This document shows, piece after piece, positions 12,720-26,304 of a stretch of DNA of 64,000 nt (position 1 is the first letter of the stretch; each line of letters starts with the position of its first letter). The position numbers were made by a program, and so were the translations under genes. The stretch is from Camelus ferus. Its lineage: Eukaryota. The notes beneath the pieces were generated by a model. The model searched no databases and was not told the DNA's origin. It saw only the letters and a list, made by a program, of their open reading frames with translations. The stretch covers positions 61,134,001 through 61,198,000 of the forward strand of contig NC_045707.1 of the NCBI RefSeq assembly GCF_009834535.1, read 5' to 3'.

Positions 12720-12970
12720 ATGAAGGCAGCAGAGTGTTGGTGAAAAGATCACATTTCGAAGTCAGTAAGACATGACACCAGTTCTCAGCTTGACCCCTTA
12801 CAAATAGCTTGTAATTCAGTCAACCACTTAACACTCATTTTTCTCATTTGTAAAGTTAACGTAATGGTATCTACACTTCCCGGGGCTGGTGGGAGGCTTA
12901 AGTGAGATTATGTACGTGAACTGCTATCACAGTGCCTGGCACTGAGTGGTTGCTCTGTAGAACCTAGTTC
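12720..12970 (+). mobile_element. MIR SINE
   Basis: ttttctcatttgtaaagt...aagtgagattatgtacgtgaa...cacagtgcctggcac. Confidence 0.75.
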
Positions 12971-13449
12971 CCATCTGTCTTCCCCATGCCACATGGCTGG
13001 AAGGTAGCCATACTGTTAACATTTATGTTATTCTTTACATCTATGAAATGCATTCACCTATACAGTAGGGCCTCTCTAAATGACTACATGGACGGGAGAG
13101 GTAGATGCGTGGGTAGGGGTGATCCTATCCCACAGATGAGACAAGGTAGCTCAGATGGCTGGTGGATTTGCCCAAGGTCAATAGAGTCAGGTGTCAAACT
13201 CAAGTCAGACCCCAAATCCAGCACTCTTCCCACCATGTCCTGCAGCCCTGAGCTGTCAGTTTGAGCAGCATGTTACTTGCTGGCTATTCTAACAGATAGG
13301 AGAACTGGGAGATGGCAGTATGAGTGTATCAAATCTAAGGTAAATGTTAGGATAACTCTCGGATTAGTTTCCTCACGTTATTCAGGTATTCCTTCCTTAT
13401 CAGGTCCTTTTCCTATGGTGTTTCATTTTTCTAAGTGTTAGTTTCCTCC

Positions 13450-13760
13450 ATCCATTCAATCACTCATTCATTCATGAACATTTCTTGAGTCTCGACTATG
13501 TAGATCAAGCAGCCCTAACAGGTGCTATGAATACACTAGCCCAACATGGTGGCTGCCCTCTAGGAACTCGGTGTTGCTGGGGATACAGACGTACAGACAA
13601 ATAATCATAATACAATGTGTGATGAGTATCATGAGGGAAGAAGGTGCCAGGTGCCATGCAGCTCCCAGGAGGGAGGGAGATATCAAGGAAAACCTGGGGG
13701 GGACAAGGTCACAGGCAGAAGGCTTTTCAGAGAAGATGCTTGAATTGAGCACTGATGGGA
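13450..13760 (-). mobile_element. L2 LINE 3' fragment
   Basis: tccattcaatcactcattcattcatgaacatttcttgag; acaaataatcataatacaatgtgtgatgag. Confidence 0.75.
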
Positions 13761-14400
13761 GGAGGAGTTGGCTCCTCCCTCTGAGCCCCAGTCTCTCACC
13801 TGTGAAACAGTGATAACTTCAGTAACTACCTCATATGGTTGTTAATGTATATAAAGTGCTTAGATCCGTGTCTGGCCAGTAGTAATCACTCGATAAATGG
13901 TGGCTGTTATGACTATTACCATTTCATTCAGGAAAAAGCCATTTCATTTTATGTCCAACTTCACACAGGACAGTAGAATGAAACAAATTCTCTCAAATTC
14001 TTTAGAAATTGGTTCCAGAGATGTGCTTAAGAGGGCACATATATTTGAGCCCAAATTCTAGATAACACTAGGGAAAATAATCTTTAAATTTTATTTATAA
14101 ATGCTTAAAGAAACATGTTACATGACTTCTTCAGACCCTCGCCCCTCCTCCTTCTTCGACTGTTTGTGGCAGGCAATACTGGAATGTAGGTTTTCTAATT
14201 TTCTGTCCAGAAACTGCTCTCCTGTCCAGAATGCTTCTGATATATCTGAGAGAGTTAATCTCAGTATAATTTTTTTTCTAGCCTTTGGGATTTGGTTGAC
14301 CTTTGCTAAATTCTGTTCATCCACCATGGACAATGACATATTTAATTGCAAAATGAAAAGACTTAGGGGTCATGGAGAATCCTGATTCAGGAGAGTCAGA

Positions 14401-14637
14401 TTTTTTTTTAATTCTTATTTTTTATTGAAGTGTAATCGATTGACAGTATTAGTTTCAGGTGTATAGCAAAGCGATTCAGTTATACATACATATATATGTA
14501 TATATTTAGATTCTTTTCCATTATAGCTCATTACAAGAAATTGAATATATTTCCCTTTGTATACAGTAGGTCCTTGTTCTTTATTTATTTTACATACAGT
14601 AATATGTATCTGTTAATCCCAAACTCCTAATCTATCT
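14401..14637 (-). mobile_element. 5'-truncated young L1 3' UTR (~240 bp)
   Basis: Poly-T, then ttattgaagtgtaatcgattgaca...gattcagttatac...atcccaaactcctaatctatc. Probable TSD aggagagtca (14389-14398) / aggagggtca (14638-14647). Confidence 0.85.
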
Positions 14638-16295
14638 AGGAGGGTCATTCTTTAGAGGTGGCTTGATCCTCAGGATCGAAGCTTGGTCCACAGGCTGCAT
14701 GTCTTCTCAGGGCAGCTCCTTTGAGAAGATCCTGAAGCTACCCTGGACCTTTATGAAATGAAGCTGCCTGTCAACTGTATTTGCATATTTATCATCCCGT
14801 TTCTTTCTTTTTTTTTTTTTTTTCTCAAATGGCCTCAATAAAGCAGAGGTCCAGGCATTGGAAATGTATACAGATGCTAGAGAAGAAGTTGCAGGGAATT
14901 TTACTGATTTCATGTTGCTGAGTAGCCAAGAAGGGATGACATGATGAACTCAAGTAAGACTCCTGAGAAAAATGAAGACTAGAATTGCCTGGTTATGCCT
15001 TTTCTGGGAAAAGGGATTCAGATAAGTTAGTGGCCTAACATGAACTCAGCCCAGTGTTTTATCTTACTTCCTCCTTGATAATAGTTCACATCTCCAAAAC
15101 CCAGCCTGGAGAGGGTGGCTCAGTTGGAATTTAGAAAATCCACAGAGTGAGTTGGCCTGCCAGCTCTATCACATTTCTCCTCTTGAGAGAGAAAATGTTG
15201 GGCTGCCAATAGCAATAGTGTTTAGCATTAGTGTGGCCAAAAGATAGAGCACTTGAGGGAAAAAACCCAAAACTCTGACTGAATTGTGCATTGCTAGAGG
15301 GGCCTGCTTAACTCTCTCAGGCCCTAATTTAAATATCTTACTCTTCTTCTTTATTTCCTACTCTTATCTGCTGATACCTTTGATATGAAATATGAAAAAT
15401 TAGATGTGTGTACATGAATGTGGTTAAGAAATGTAAGTTTGCTCTATAAAAGGAATTGCATTTTCAATCACTACATATTTTACTGGTAATGATAATCTGG
15501 TATTTTAAATTGTATTATCATACATACATTGTTATTTTTACTTACAGAATTTTCAGTGTTGTTAACAAAACCAAAAGCTGCACTAGAAATAATAAAGATT
15601 GACTTGCAAAGGAATTAGGTATTTTGGGAATTACCATGCTGTATGAAATAGAAAAATACCTGTCTGATTTCATCGTATGCCATTACACATTGTACATTGT
15701 CCAACAGTGAACTTACAAACTATAAGAAACTTTTAGGTGTGAGACTTAATGAAATTTTATATTTATTATTATTATGGTTATTATCAGCGACATTTATGAA
15801 ATTTTTTCAGTTTCCAAAGAATAACCATTGTTTTTGCTTATTCAAAGATATTTAGCTGTATGCTCCAAGTATGCTGAAACTAAGTTATGCAAATGGCTAA
15901 AGGCAATGGAAAAATAGATAGAGATCAGTAAAAATATTTTACAAATTGGGAAAGAGATGTGCCTTCTATTGTGGTTTTGATTTGCATTTCCTAAAGGTAA
16001 CCATGTTGAACATCTTTTCATGGCTTATTTACCATTCATATACCTTTTGTGGTGAAGTTTCTCTTTAAACTTTTTGTCTACTTTTTATTGGATTGTTTGC
16101 TGATTGAGTTTTGAGGGTTCTTTATATATTCTGAATATAAATCCTTTATCAGCTATGCGATTTGCAAATACTTCCTCCCAATCTGTGGCTAGTTTCATTC
16201 TCTTAACAATGTCTTTTAAAGAGACATTAAAATTTTTGATGAAGTCCAATTTATCAGCTTATTCTTTGGAACATGTATTTGATGTGATAGCTAGA

Positions 16296-16378
16296 TTTTA
16301 TATTTTATTTTATTTTTATTGATGTATAGTCAGTTTACAATGCTGTGTTAATTTCTTGTGTACAGCATAGTAATTAAG

Positions 16379-16422
<44 letters not shown>

Positions 16423-17850
16423 CTTTTCATATTCTTTTTCAATATAGGCTATTTCAAGATACTGATTTTAGTTACCTGTGCTATATAGTAGGACCTTGTT
16501 GTTTATCTATTTTATATATAGTAGTTGGTATCTGCAAATCTCAAGCTCCCAATTTATCCCTTCACTCCACCCACCCCATTTTCCCCCCTGGTAACCATAA
16601 GTTTGTTTTCTATGTCTGTGAGTCCATTTCTGTTTTGTAAATAAATTCATTTGTGTCATTTTTTTAGATTCCATATATAAGTGATGTCATATGATATTTA
16701 TCTTTCTCTATCTGACTTACTTCACTTAGTATGATAGTCTCTAGGTCCATTCATGTTGCTAGAAATGGCATTATTTCATTCTTTTTTATGGCTGAGTAGT
16801 GAGATATATTTATATATCACACCTTCTTTATCCAATCATCTGTTGATGAAAATTTAGTTTGCTTCCATGTTTTGGCTATTGTAAATAGTGCTGCTATGAA
16901 CATTGGGGTGCATATTATCTTTTCAAATTAGAGTTTCCTCCAGATATATACCCAAGGAGTAGGATTGCTAGATCATATGGTAAGTCTATTTTTTTAGTTT
17001 TTTTAGTAATCTCCATACTGTTTTCCATAATGGCTGCATTAAACTACATTCCCACCAACAGTGTAAGAGGGTTCCCTTTTCTCCACACCTTCTACAGTAT
17101 TCATTGTTTGCGGCCTTTTTAATGATGGCCATTCTGACTTGTGTGAGGTGATAACTCATTGTAGTTTTACTTTGCATTTCTCTGACAATTAGTGATATTG
17201 AGCATTTTTTCATGTGCCTGTTGTCCATTTGTTTGTCTTCATTGAAGAAATGTTTGTTTAGATCTTCTGCCCATTTTTGGATTTGGTTGGTTTTTTGTTA
17301 CTGAGTTGTATGAGCTGTTTGTATATTCTGGAAATTAAACTCTTGTCATATTTGTTTTCAAATATCTTCTCCCATTCTATGGGCTGTCTTTTATTTTGTT
17401 TATAGTTTCCTCTCCTGTGAAAAACTGTGTAAGTTTAATTAGGTCTTATTTGTTTATTTTTGCTTTTATTTCTATTTGCCTGGGTAGACTGCCCTAGGAG
17501 AACATTGCTAAGATTTATGTAAGAGAATTCTTTGCCTATGTTTTCTTCTAGGAGGTTTATAGTGTCCTGTCTTATGTTTAAGTCTGTAAGCCATTTTGAG
17601 TTTACTTTTTGTGTATGGTGTGAGGGAGTGTTCTAACTTCAATGATTTACATGTGGATGTCCAATTTTCCCAACACCACTTACTGAAGAGGCTGTCTTTT
17701 CTCCACTGTGTATTCTTGCCTCTATTGTCAAAGATTAATTGATCATAGGTGTATGGGTTTATTTCTGAGCTTTCCAGTCTCTTGAATTGATCCGTATGTC
17801 TGATTTGTGCCAAGACCACACTGTTTTGATTACTGTAGCTATGTAGTATT
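16296..17850 (-). mobile_element. Younger L1 (ORF2 C-terminus + 3' UTR) nested in the old L1
   Basis: ORFs 17508-17819 (…[12 protein letters not shown]…[15 protein letters not shown]…) and 16986-17228 (…[15 protein letters not shown]…[14 protein letters not shown]…) are L1 ORF2 C-terminal/C-rich domain. T-rich tail from 16296. Confidence 0.95.
16381..16420. repeat. (AT)20 microsatellite within an L1 3' UTR
   Basis: Read directly. Confidence 0.95.
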
Positions 17851-18363
17851 CTAAAATCATAGGAGTTTTCTCCAATGTTTTATTCTAAAAGTTTTATAGT
17901 CATATTTAATATAAAATATATTTTATATTTAGTCTATAATCCATTTCAAATTAGTTTTTACATATGATATGGAGTATGGATCAAAGTTTATCTTTTGTAT
18001 GTTGATATCCAATTGTTTATCACCATTTGTTAAAAAGATTATTTTTTCACCACTTAATTGCTTTTATACCATAAAAATACCATACATGGTATGTTTATGT
18101 CTGGACTTCTGTTCCATTGATCTGTGTATCTGTCTTTTAGCCAATACCATACTGTTTTGACAACTGTGGTTTTAAAATAAGTGTTGAAATCAGAGAGTGC
18201 TAGTCCTTCAACTTTGTTCTTATTTCAAGGTTGTTTTGGTTATTCTAGGTCCTTTGCATTTCTGTACAAATTTTAGAATTAGTCAATTTCTGCAAGAAAG
18301 TATGGTGGGATATTGACTTGGATTGTACTGAATCTTTAGATTTGTTGGGGAGAGAATTATTAT

Positions 18364-18727
18364 TGTTGCAGTCTGTTGTTGCAGTATAACAAAAATACCA
18401 TAGACTAGGTGACTTATAAACAACAGAAATTTATTTTTCCCTGTTCTGGAGTCTGTGAAGTTCAAGATTAAGATGTTGGCAGATTTGGTGTCTGGTGAGA
18501 GCCGTGTCCCTGGTTCATAGACTGCCATCTTTTCACTGTATCCTCACATGGCAGAAAAGGCAAGAGAGCTCTCTGGGGCATCTTTTATAAGAGCACTAGT
18601 CCCATTCATGAGGGCTCTAACCTCATGACCTAATCACCTCCCAAAGACCCCCACCTCCAAATACTATCACATCATGGATTAAGTTTCAAACTATGAATTT
18701 GGGTGGACACAAATATTGTCTATTGCA
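18364..18727 (-). mobile_element. MaLR solo LTR (MLT1A/MLT1A0-like) nested in the old L1
   Basis: ataacaaaaataccatagactaggtgacttataaacaacagaaatttattt...cccattcatgagggctct...cctcatgacctaatcacctcccaaag. Confidence 0.9.
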
Positions 18728-19172
18728 AACATCTTAAAGACATTCAAGCTTTGAATCATGTTTGTAATCTATCTCTCCACTTACTTAGGTCTTCTTTAAT
18801 GTTTCTTAGCTTAATTGAGTAGTTTTCAGTGTACAATCTTTGTCGGACTTATCCTTAAGCATTAATAATTTTTTCAATGCTATTATAAATGGCATTATTT
18901 TTTTAAACGTCTACTTCTGATTGTTCAATGCTAGGATATAGAAATGCAATTGATTTTCATATATTGAACTTGAAACCTGCATCCTTGGTGAAGTCACATA
19001 TTTGTTCTAATATTTTTATAGGTTCTATCAGTTTTCTGTGTTGATGATCATGTTGCCTGTGAATAAAGATAGTTTTACTTCTTTCTAGTCTGGATACCTT
19101 TTGTTTCCTTCTTTTGCCTTATTGTCCTGGCTAGGACCTCCAGTGTAATGTTGAATTAAAGTGGTGAGAGCA

Positions 19173-19330
19173 CTGTAATGAAAAAGAATATGTACATATT
19201 TATATGTATAACTGAATCACTATGCTGTACACTAGAAACTAATACAACATTGTAAATCAATTATATTTCAGTAAAAAAAAGGGGGGGAGGGAGGTGGAGA
19301 ACTCCACAACCCTTTCAATCTTAAAAAAAA
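19173..19330 (+). mobile_element. Short L1 3'-tail insertion with 15-bp TSD and extra 3' segment
   Basis: tataactgaatcactatgctgtacactagaaactaatacaacattgtaaatcaa is an L1 tail. TSD aaagtggtgagagca at 19158-19172 and 19331-19345. Confidence 0.9.
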
Positions 19331-19629
19331 AAAGTGGTGAGAGCAAGCTTCCTAATTTTGTTCCTGTTCTTAGAAAACATTCAGTCTTTTAACATAAAAT
19401 TTTGATAGCTGTAGGTTTTTTTAATAGATGCCTTTTGTCAGGTTGAGAAAATTAATTGCTATTCTTAGTTTGCTGAATATTAATGATGTACATTTCCCTC
19501 AAGTAATGCTTTAGTAGAATTCCATATATGTTGCTATGTTGTGTTTCACTTTTCATTGAATTCAAAATACTGTATAACTTTTTTTTCTTTAATTTCTTTT
19601 TTGACACATGGGTTGTAGGGAAATAGTAG

Positions 19630-20900
19630 AAAAGGGACAAAAGGATGACAGCTTGAGGATTAGTTTGAGATAAAAGTTTGAGATACTGGGATATATCTCT
19701 GGGATGAGTAGAACAGAGGTAAAGGAAGATGCTGGTGGTTGTATGAGTGGAAGGATGAGAGGAACCGGAAGTTGAGGGAATTCCTACCTGATCCCTCTGT
19801 ATCCTTGGTGAAGACAGAGGTAAGGCATCTACTGGGAGTAAGAGGATAGGTAACTGAATGTGGTAAAGAACTGAAGCAATCTTTGGGAGGGGGATGATAG
19901 TGAGAGAGAACTAGGTGCATATAGAAAAATTGTTGAAGCAATAGCTAAGGCTGAAGATTATAGATTTGTAGAAGCAAACTGTACAGTTTTTTCTCCTGCT
20001 TTGCCTGGATGCCTGAGTGTAGGTTCAGAGGGAGCAGACAGAAGTAGAAATGATTTAAGTTCAGAATTTTAATGAACCCATTTGGAGGAAACACAATGGA
20101 ATGAAAAAATTGAAATTATTGATAAGAGAATGTTTGAAGAGCTGGCTTAGGCTGGAAAAGGAAGGAAAGTGAAGCCAGGAAGGAACCGATGGAGCAGGGA
20201 AAATGGGTGCATGGGGAAATGGGTCAAAGGACTAGCTTTTTTTTTTTTTTTCTTTTTTAAAGAAATTTAAGAACTAGGTTAAAGGAATTAAAGGAAAGAA
20301 CAGAATGTTTAAGTAGGTTGTGTGGTCAGGCTGTGGAGTACTGGAGATTATGTTTTCATCAGTGAAGCAATTCTGTGGGACAAGTTTCAGGGTGTGGTTG
20401 TATATGTGGGAGACACAATTACAGCAGAATCAAAGATTATTGGATCAAGAAGTCCTAGGAATTGTGGTGAAAGGCATTTTACGGGGCCCACAGAGAGATT
20501 GTGAAACCACCCTGGGTGATGGTAAGGCCGGTGGTGGAGAGGAGAGTGTGAATCAGCTGCCGTTTCATGTTTGAGGATGAATGTGAGGGGTTGGGTGATG
20601 ACAATCAGGAAAAGGCATTCAGGATTGTATACTAGAAGGCACATGCCTGCAGAGAACGCTGGCCCACCTCCAAGTCTCATGTCAAGTGAGGCTTAAGAGA
20701 CCAAAAGCCACCCTCAACGAGGGCTGTAGAAGAGAAGAGTGCCCGAGGGAGGTCCAGGTTTGAGTTCAGCAAGGAAGTGGTGACAGGTTCCCTTTTGGAG
20801 GCTGAAAATGCACTGGACTTTGATGAGCAGGTAACAGGGTTCTAGAGGAGATAGTAGAAAAATTTGGGAGTGAACAGATGTGGGTACTTGTTTCTCCCTG
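19630..20900 (-). mobile_element. Probable degraded internal L2 segment
   Basis: Long G/A-rich stretch with L2-like phrases (gaagttgagggaattcctacctgat...gaggtaaggcatct); recognised from memory only. Confidence 0.45.
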
Positions 20901-21649
20901 ATCCGAATATTAGTTTGATGTTCAGGGTTAAGGGCAGGACACAAGACTGGAGGGTCATATCTTTGGGACAGTGATTGACGGTGTCAGGGATGTGAGGCAT
21001 GGCATTGTTCATAGACCTCAGGTTTCCAAAAGGAATTTTGATGTGAGGTTGCTTTTGTGTTGAAGCTAATGTCCCAAGTGATACCAGAAGCAATCTGTGA
21101 ACTTGCCTACTTAATACCTCTTTCAGCTCAGGGAAGTGTAACAGTATTCCATTTCAAATATCAATGAATAAAGTATTTTTCCTTCCTGAAGACTAAATTG
21201 TCTTTAGAGATTGTCTCATAGGTTGTAGTTCCCAAGCTTCCTATAAAAGCAAGGACAGTCCACTTGCCCTGTGATAAGACCTGTGTAGAAAGCGTTGGTC
21301 CAGGGAAATGTGGGCAACCACAGGGCTCCAGCTGAATACCCATAGCAATTGCCTGTGGAATCCCTGTGTCCCATGATTGTGCATCTTTCTATTGCTTTAA
21401 CCATTTCCCTATCAAGCTATCTGCCAAAGTAACCCCTGGATGGGAGATCATATATTGAGTTCATGAGGGGCAGTTTTACTTTTTCCTTCTCTCAAGTATA
21501 TCATCAGAAACATTTTCTTTCTTCATCGATGAGACTTTTTCTCTGAATTGAATTCACTGTTTCCCAGAAAAGCAAAGAGATCAAATGGCACATTTATGAT
21601 TTCCATCTCTTCTGATGCAGTAGGGTTGTTTCTTATCTGGCAGGAAGAT

Positions 21650-22040
21650 CTTGGGTCAGTTACTTTGCCTGCTTATGCCTCAGTCTCCTCTTCAGTGAGA
21701 CACAATTAATAACATAGGACTCACCTTGCAGAATTGATGTGACCCCTATAGTTGATGTGCATGAAGTTCTTGGTCCAGAACTTGGTGTATAGCAGGTATT
21801 TAATAAATAATGGTGGCTGTTACTCTTACTTAGAACATAATGCCAGAATCATACAGAGGTTTAACACAAGTAAATTTACTACATCTTCACAATCCTGTGA
21901 AATGGCTATTAATGAGGACACTTGACAGCTGAGGAAATTGAAGTTCAGTATGATTTCCAAGGTCAAAGCCTAGTAAATTGCAGAGCTCAGATGGGGCTTC
22001 AGGTCTGTTTGACTGTAAACCCAGTGTTCTTCCCAACACA
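21650..22040. mobile_element. Two MIR fragments, tail-to-tail (+ then -)
   Basis: tgcctcagtctcctc...gcaggtatttaataaata; then acagctgaggaaattgaagttcag...ccaaggtcaaagcctagtaaattgcagagc. Confidence 0.7.
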
Positions 22041-25000
22041 CTTAGATCATCCTAGGAAAACTGTTTAGAATTTAAAGAGGAACATTTCAACATGTTTTAT
22101 TGTTCCTATGGCTTGTTGTAAACCCTGCTCTCAGGTAATTTTCTTGGGTCAGTCTCAAACCCTTTATGCAAGCACTGTAAGCCCTTTTTCATCTTATTCA
22201 GTTTCTGGGGGCACACACAGAGAGAGATGCCATGAAAGCTATTTCCTAGGCAAGGAGAATCATACCCAGAGCAGTTGGGTGGTTTCTCATGGAGAGCTCA
22301 GCAGTCAGGCTCAAATTAGATCATCAAAGCTAAACTCAGGGGGGGCTGTTGTTGATTTGAAATATCAGGGGAAGAGTAGGAGCGCTGAAAGTCAGAATAT
22401 CATACCGTCATATTTTTCCTGACCCAAGCAGATCAGAATTCATTTAGTTAGCAGTGAACAGAGGCTGCCCACTGAGTTCCTTAATTATAACACCAGGGAA
22501 CTCTATAAAAACGTGAGAGGAATGCCATTTCTGGAAATTCAAAAATCGTGTGCTTTCACCTTCCCTCTGGGGTGGACATTTTATTGCAGACCAGGGAAGG
22601 CTTTTGCTGGACATGCAGATTCCCTCCATTCCCTTAATCATTGAACATGACAAGCTCCATCATGCCTGGGGGTAATTTAAAATAATCCACAGTCCTTCAG
22701 GAGTTAACACTCTTTCCCATTCTACACCTGAAGAATTACTGTGTTTCTCATATCACCTTCTGGAGACACAGCTCTGAAATGAAGTTTTAGTGAAGGTCTT
22801 GGAAATCATTCAGTTCTATCCCATTACAGTTTAATAGTGAATAAACCAGAGCCTCAAGAATTTTAATGGCTTTTCACACACTACATGGCCAGATAATAGA
22901 AAGATTAAAATTGGAAGCCATATCTTGATGAGACAAACCAGTGTCATGAAATGGGGCAGACTTTGGAGACAGAGATATGGCAATTTTACTTTATTTTATT
23001 TTATTTGATGTGAAGAGGAGGAATTCCTTAACCTTTTTGAGTGTTATTGTCTTGTCTGTAAAGTGTCTAAATATCTGCCTGGTAGGATGGTTGGATAATT
23101 GAATAAAATCATGTGCTCAGCAGAATGTCCGGTATGAAAAAAATGACAGATTTTACAGATTTGTCTTTGAATTCTCCACTTATCATATTTAAAATAAGAG
23201 AGACATCTGCTGCACATTCTATGTATTTCCAGCTGAACTCATTGCTCTTCACTCACCAACTCAACCCAAACCAGTTTTGGAACCAATCGAGATTACGGTT
23301 ACAAGCACTCAGAGCTCTTAGTGCAGTGGATTTAGAAAGCCTGGAGCGAGGTTTGCCTTCAACTTCATGTCTGCTCACCCTTGCTCCTTCCTTCAGTCTG
23401 TGCCTTACTCATGCCTACCCTACTCCACGCCATGCTGCCAGGCTTGAGAGATTGATAGATCCAGCTTTCTGCTTCATTCTCCTCTAAGCATCTCTGTTCC
23501 CACTGGCATTCCTGTCCTTCTTTCACTGCAGTGCCTGTGGTTGCAGCCATAATCTGATCATGTAGGAACTAGTGTTTGTCTCCAGTTCCAGCGAGGTCTA
23601 GCTGGAATGGTTGCTGATTAGATGTAGCCAGTCCTGGTAGTCTCAAATGTATCCTCGGGGGCTCACAAGTTTTCCTGCACCTCTCCCAGGCCCAGGTAGA
23701 ACTAGGGACCTAGAAATGCAGGATGCTGGAGGGATGTGGCATTTCATGATCTCACTCAGCATGGATTACCACAAGAAGTTACTCTGTTCTGTGCAAGAAT
23801 GTGAAGGGGCCTGATTCCTTCCTATGTGAATCATCTGGGCACCTGATGTTTCTCTCTTATGATTCAGGGGTTGATATCCAGTAAGCATGTCTTTAGAGAA
23901 CCTCAGACCATCTGGCTGGGATCTGCTCCTGTTCCCATCTCCCCTAGACCTAGACATGGAGTAGGGGTTGGCACGGGGTTTTGCCTCTTTTCTAGCAGCT
24001 GCTGGCTTTAACGAGACTCCAGACCGCCACTAGTTGGTGATTGACCCTCAATGTACCTTTATGGGGTGGTTACGGGGCTGCATCTTGCTTGATTCCCCAA
24101 ATGAGATCATCTCTTAATCCCTTCCCACTCACTCTTTTGGACTTGATCTTAGGCAGTCAGCCTAAGAGCACCTAAAAAAATAAGTTATTTTCATGCCAGT
24201 CAGCCTCAAGACTTGACAAAAGTTCTACAAGACACCAAGCATCCAATACATAGAGCTTTCACAATTTGGCCTCAATATACATACAAGGCAGTGAACTCTA
24301 TAAACCATTACAAAACTACCCTATTTTGCTTGTATCAAAAAAATTTTTTTTACAGTTTCATTTTTTTTTCTTTATTCAAAATGGCAATCATAATGAGTCC
24401 CACAGCAGGGGGGTTATTGGCTATTGAAAATACCTACATTGTGGAATAAAAGAAAGTCAGTAGGAAAATGTATGTTGCTTTTCAACCACTAATGTTAATC
24501 TCCAGGCATATCTGAGAAGCAGCCACATGGAACCTGGCTTACTTAAGCTTTTACTGATTTTAGCTCTCAGGCTGAATCACTTGAATCCTAAAGATTAGGG
24601 TTGCTTATCACTGTTGGAGACTCTTGTCTTTCCCCACCTTACTCTCTCTTGCCAGGATTATGGAGAAGACTGGCACTGCTTTGCTGAAATTGCGATGAGG
24701 CAATATCTTATAAAAATGATCATGCCAGGTAGAAGACTGATTAGTAGAAGGGCAGAGTTACAGGCTTTTAAAAAGACACTGCAATTCACAGTTCTCCTTT
24801 TGTGCTGGTCTCATCCCCTCTTTTTTTCCCCTCCCAATTGGAGGGAGTATTGAGACTGGGATTTCAGCCTGTAAACCATCGTTGGACTGGGGTATCCAGT
24901 GAGGCAATAAGATGCAGCTGTTCTACAGGGTGGCCAAAAACATAAGGGTAAAAGACAGCCGCTTCTTTTCCTGTTTTTGATTGGTTTACAGTTACTCCGG

Positions 25001-26304
25001 ATTCCCCAGGACATTGTTCAGACTTGCTTTTCCAAAGCCCATTAAATCTTCGCTATTGGTTCATCTCCTGACTCCAAACATGACCTCACCCCACGTCCTG
25101 CCCAGTGGTTAGCACCTCTGAAGCATATGCTTTTCTCGATCCAAGAGAATCAGGATGGAAGATGGTGTTGGTGCTTGTTTAGGAGCTTTTCAAAATGAAT
25201 CATTAGCGTGTGGGGATTTGGTGTGGGTGACTGGCCAAGTAATTATCTGAAGGGATCTCGTGTCAGAACTCAGGTCTTTGCATGGAATTTAAGCTCAGGC
25301 CCTGGTACGTGAACTTATCACTGGGGAATGATCAAAATGATGTCACCTTGTTCCCACTTCTCAATCCTTTTCGGAATGTCTCCCTCCCCAGGTACCCTTC
25401 CCTGTTATTCCAAAGGTGATTTGGGGGTAAGATTGAAAGCCATGGGCTGGGACTGAATTCAGAGCTACATTTTCACTCAGGGTCTGAACACTCATCTTTA
25501 CTCCCCAAAGCTCTTTCCCCTCAAATGACAAGGTAACTGAGCTGGTTAGCCCAGGGGATAAAAAGTGACTTGTCCTGGTGGCCACGGGAGTCACTTCCAG
25601 ACCATGAATTGTAAGTTGTATCCCAGCATAAGTCTCTAAATGTTGAGCATCTCTTTTTTTTTTCCCCCCCCTCTGGGAGATAGGGGTAGGGGTGTTGTCT
25701 TTGGTTTTATGATGTCTTCCCCCACCCCCTCCATTTTTAACAGATGCTACAGTTTGGTGAATTCAAGCTGGTAGGCTGACAGAAGTACGTTGTGTTCGAT
25801 GGACTTTCATGTCCAAATGCCCCCAGACAGAAACATTAACACTGGAACCACTTCCTAGCTTGAAAGGTTAACTTGTCTGATTAGATTTATACTGGTTGAA
25901 TGAAAGAATTTGTGGAGAGTAGTCTAAGAGAAAAAACTAGGGCATTTATTTCTCCCAAACATTATGACGATTAAAGAAGTGATCAGAGAAATAAATATAG
26001 AATTTGTCTGGAGGTGTGTTTAGCTCAGGGAGAGAGAAAGCAGCAGCAGAAGGAAAAGGGTCTGAGCAGCCAGTGAGAGTGGGTTTACCCTGTGATTTGA
26101 GTCTCCATGCTTTATTTGTATATGGTTGTACTTTTTCAGATATGCCTGGAGGGAAATAAAAATAAGCAAAAGAAAGCCCTCTCATCTGCAGGACGAGAAC
26201 AGGGGACCAAGGACAAACACCTTCCTTTCTTCATCTCCCAAACATGTGGAGGCTGCTGGATACCTTCGTTTGAAGAATTATCACGAATGCTTCTCTAACT
26301 CTTT

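Larger units (their letters stand above)
15965..19615 (-). mobile_element. Old L1 (L1M-type ORF2 region) interrupted by three nested insertions
   Basis: ttgtggttttgatttgcatttcc, tttttgatgaagtccaatttatca, ctaggacctccagtgtaatgttgaat, agatgccttttgtcaggttgag. Host segments ~15965-16295, 17851-18363, 18728-19172, 19331-19615. Confidence 0.85.

Noticed and set aside
14847..14958. Possible exon (EVQALEMYTDAREEV…) with a downstream GTAAGA
   Set aside because: The AG is separated from the T tract, the frame stops before the donor, and the peptide is not recognised.
24025..24040. CTCF-like motif gccactagttggtga
   Set aside because: It mismatches key core positions and cannot be supported without ChIP data.
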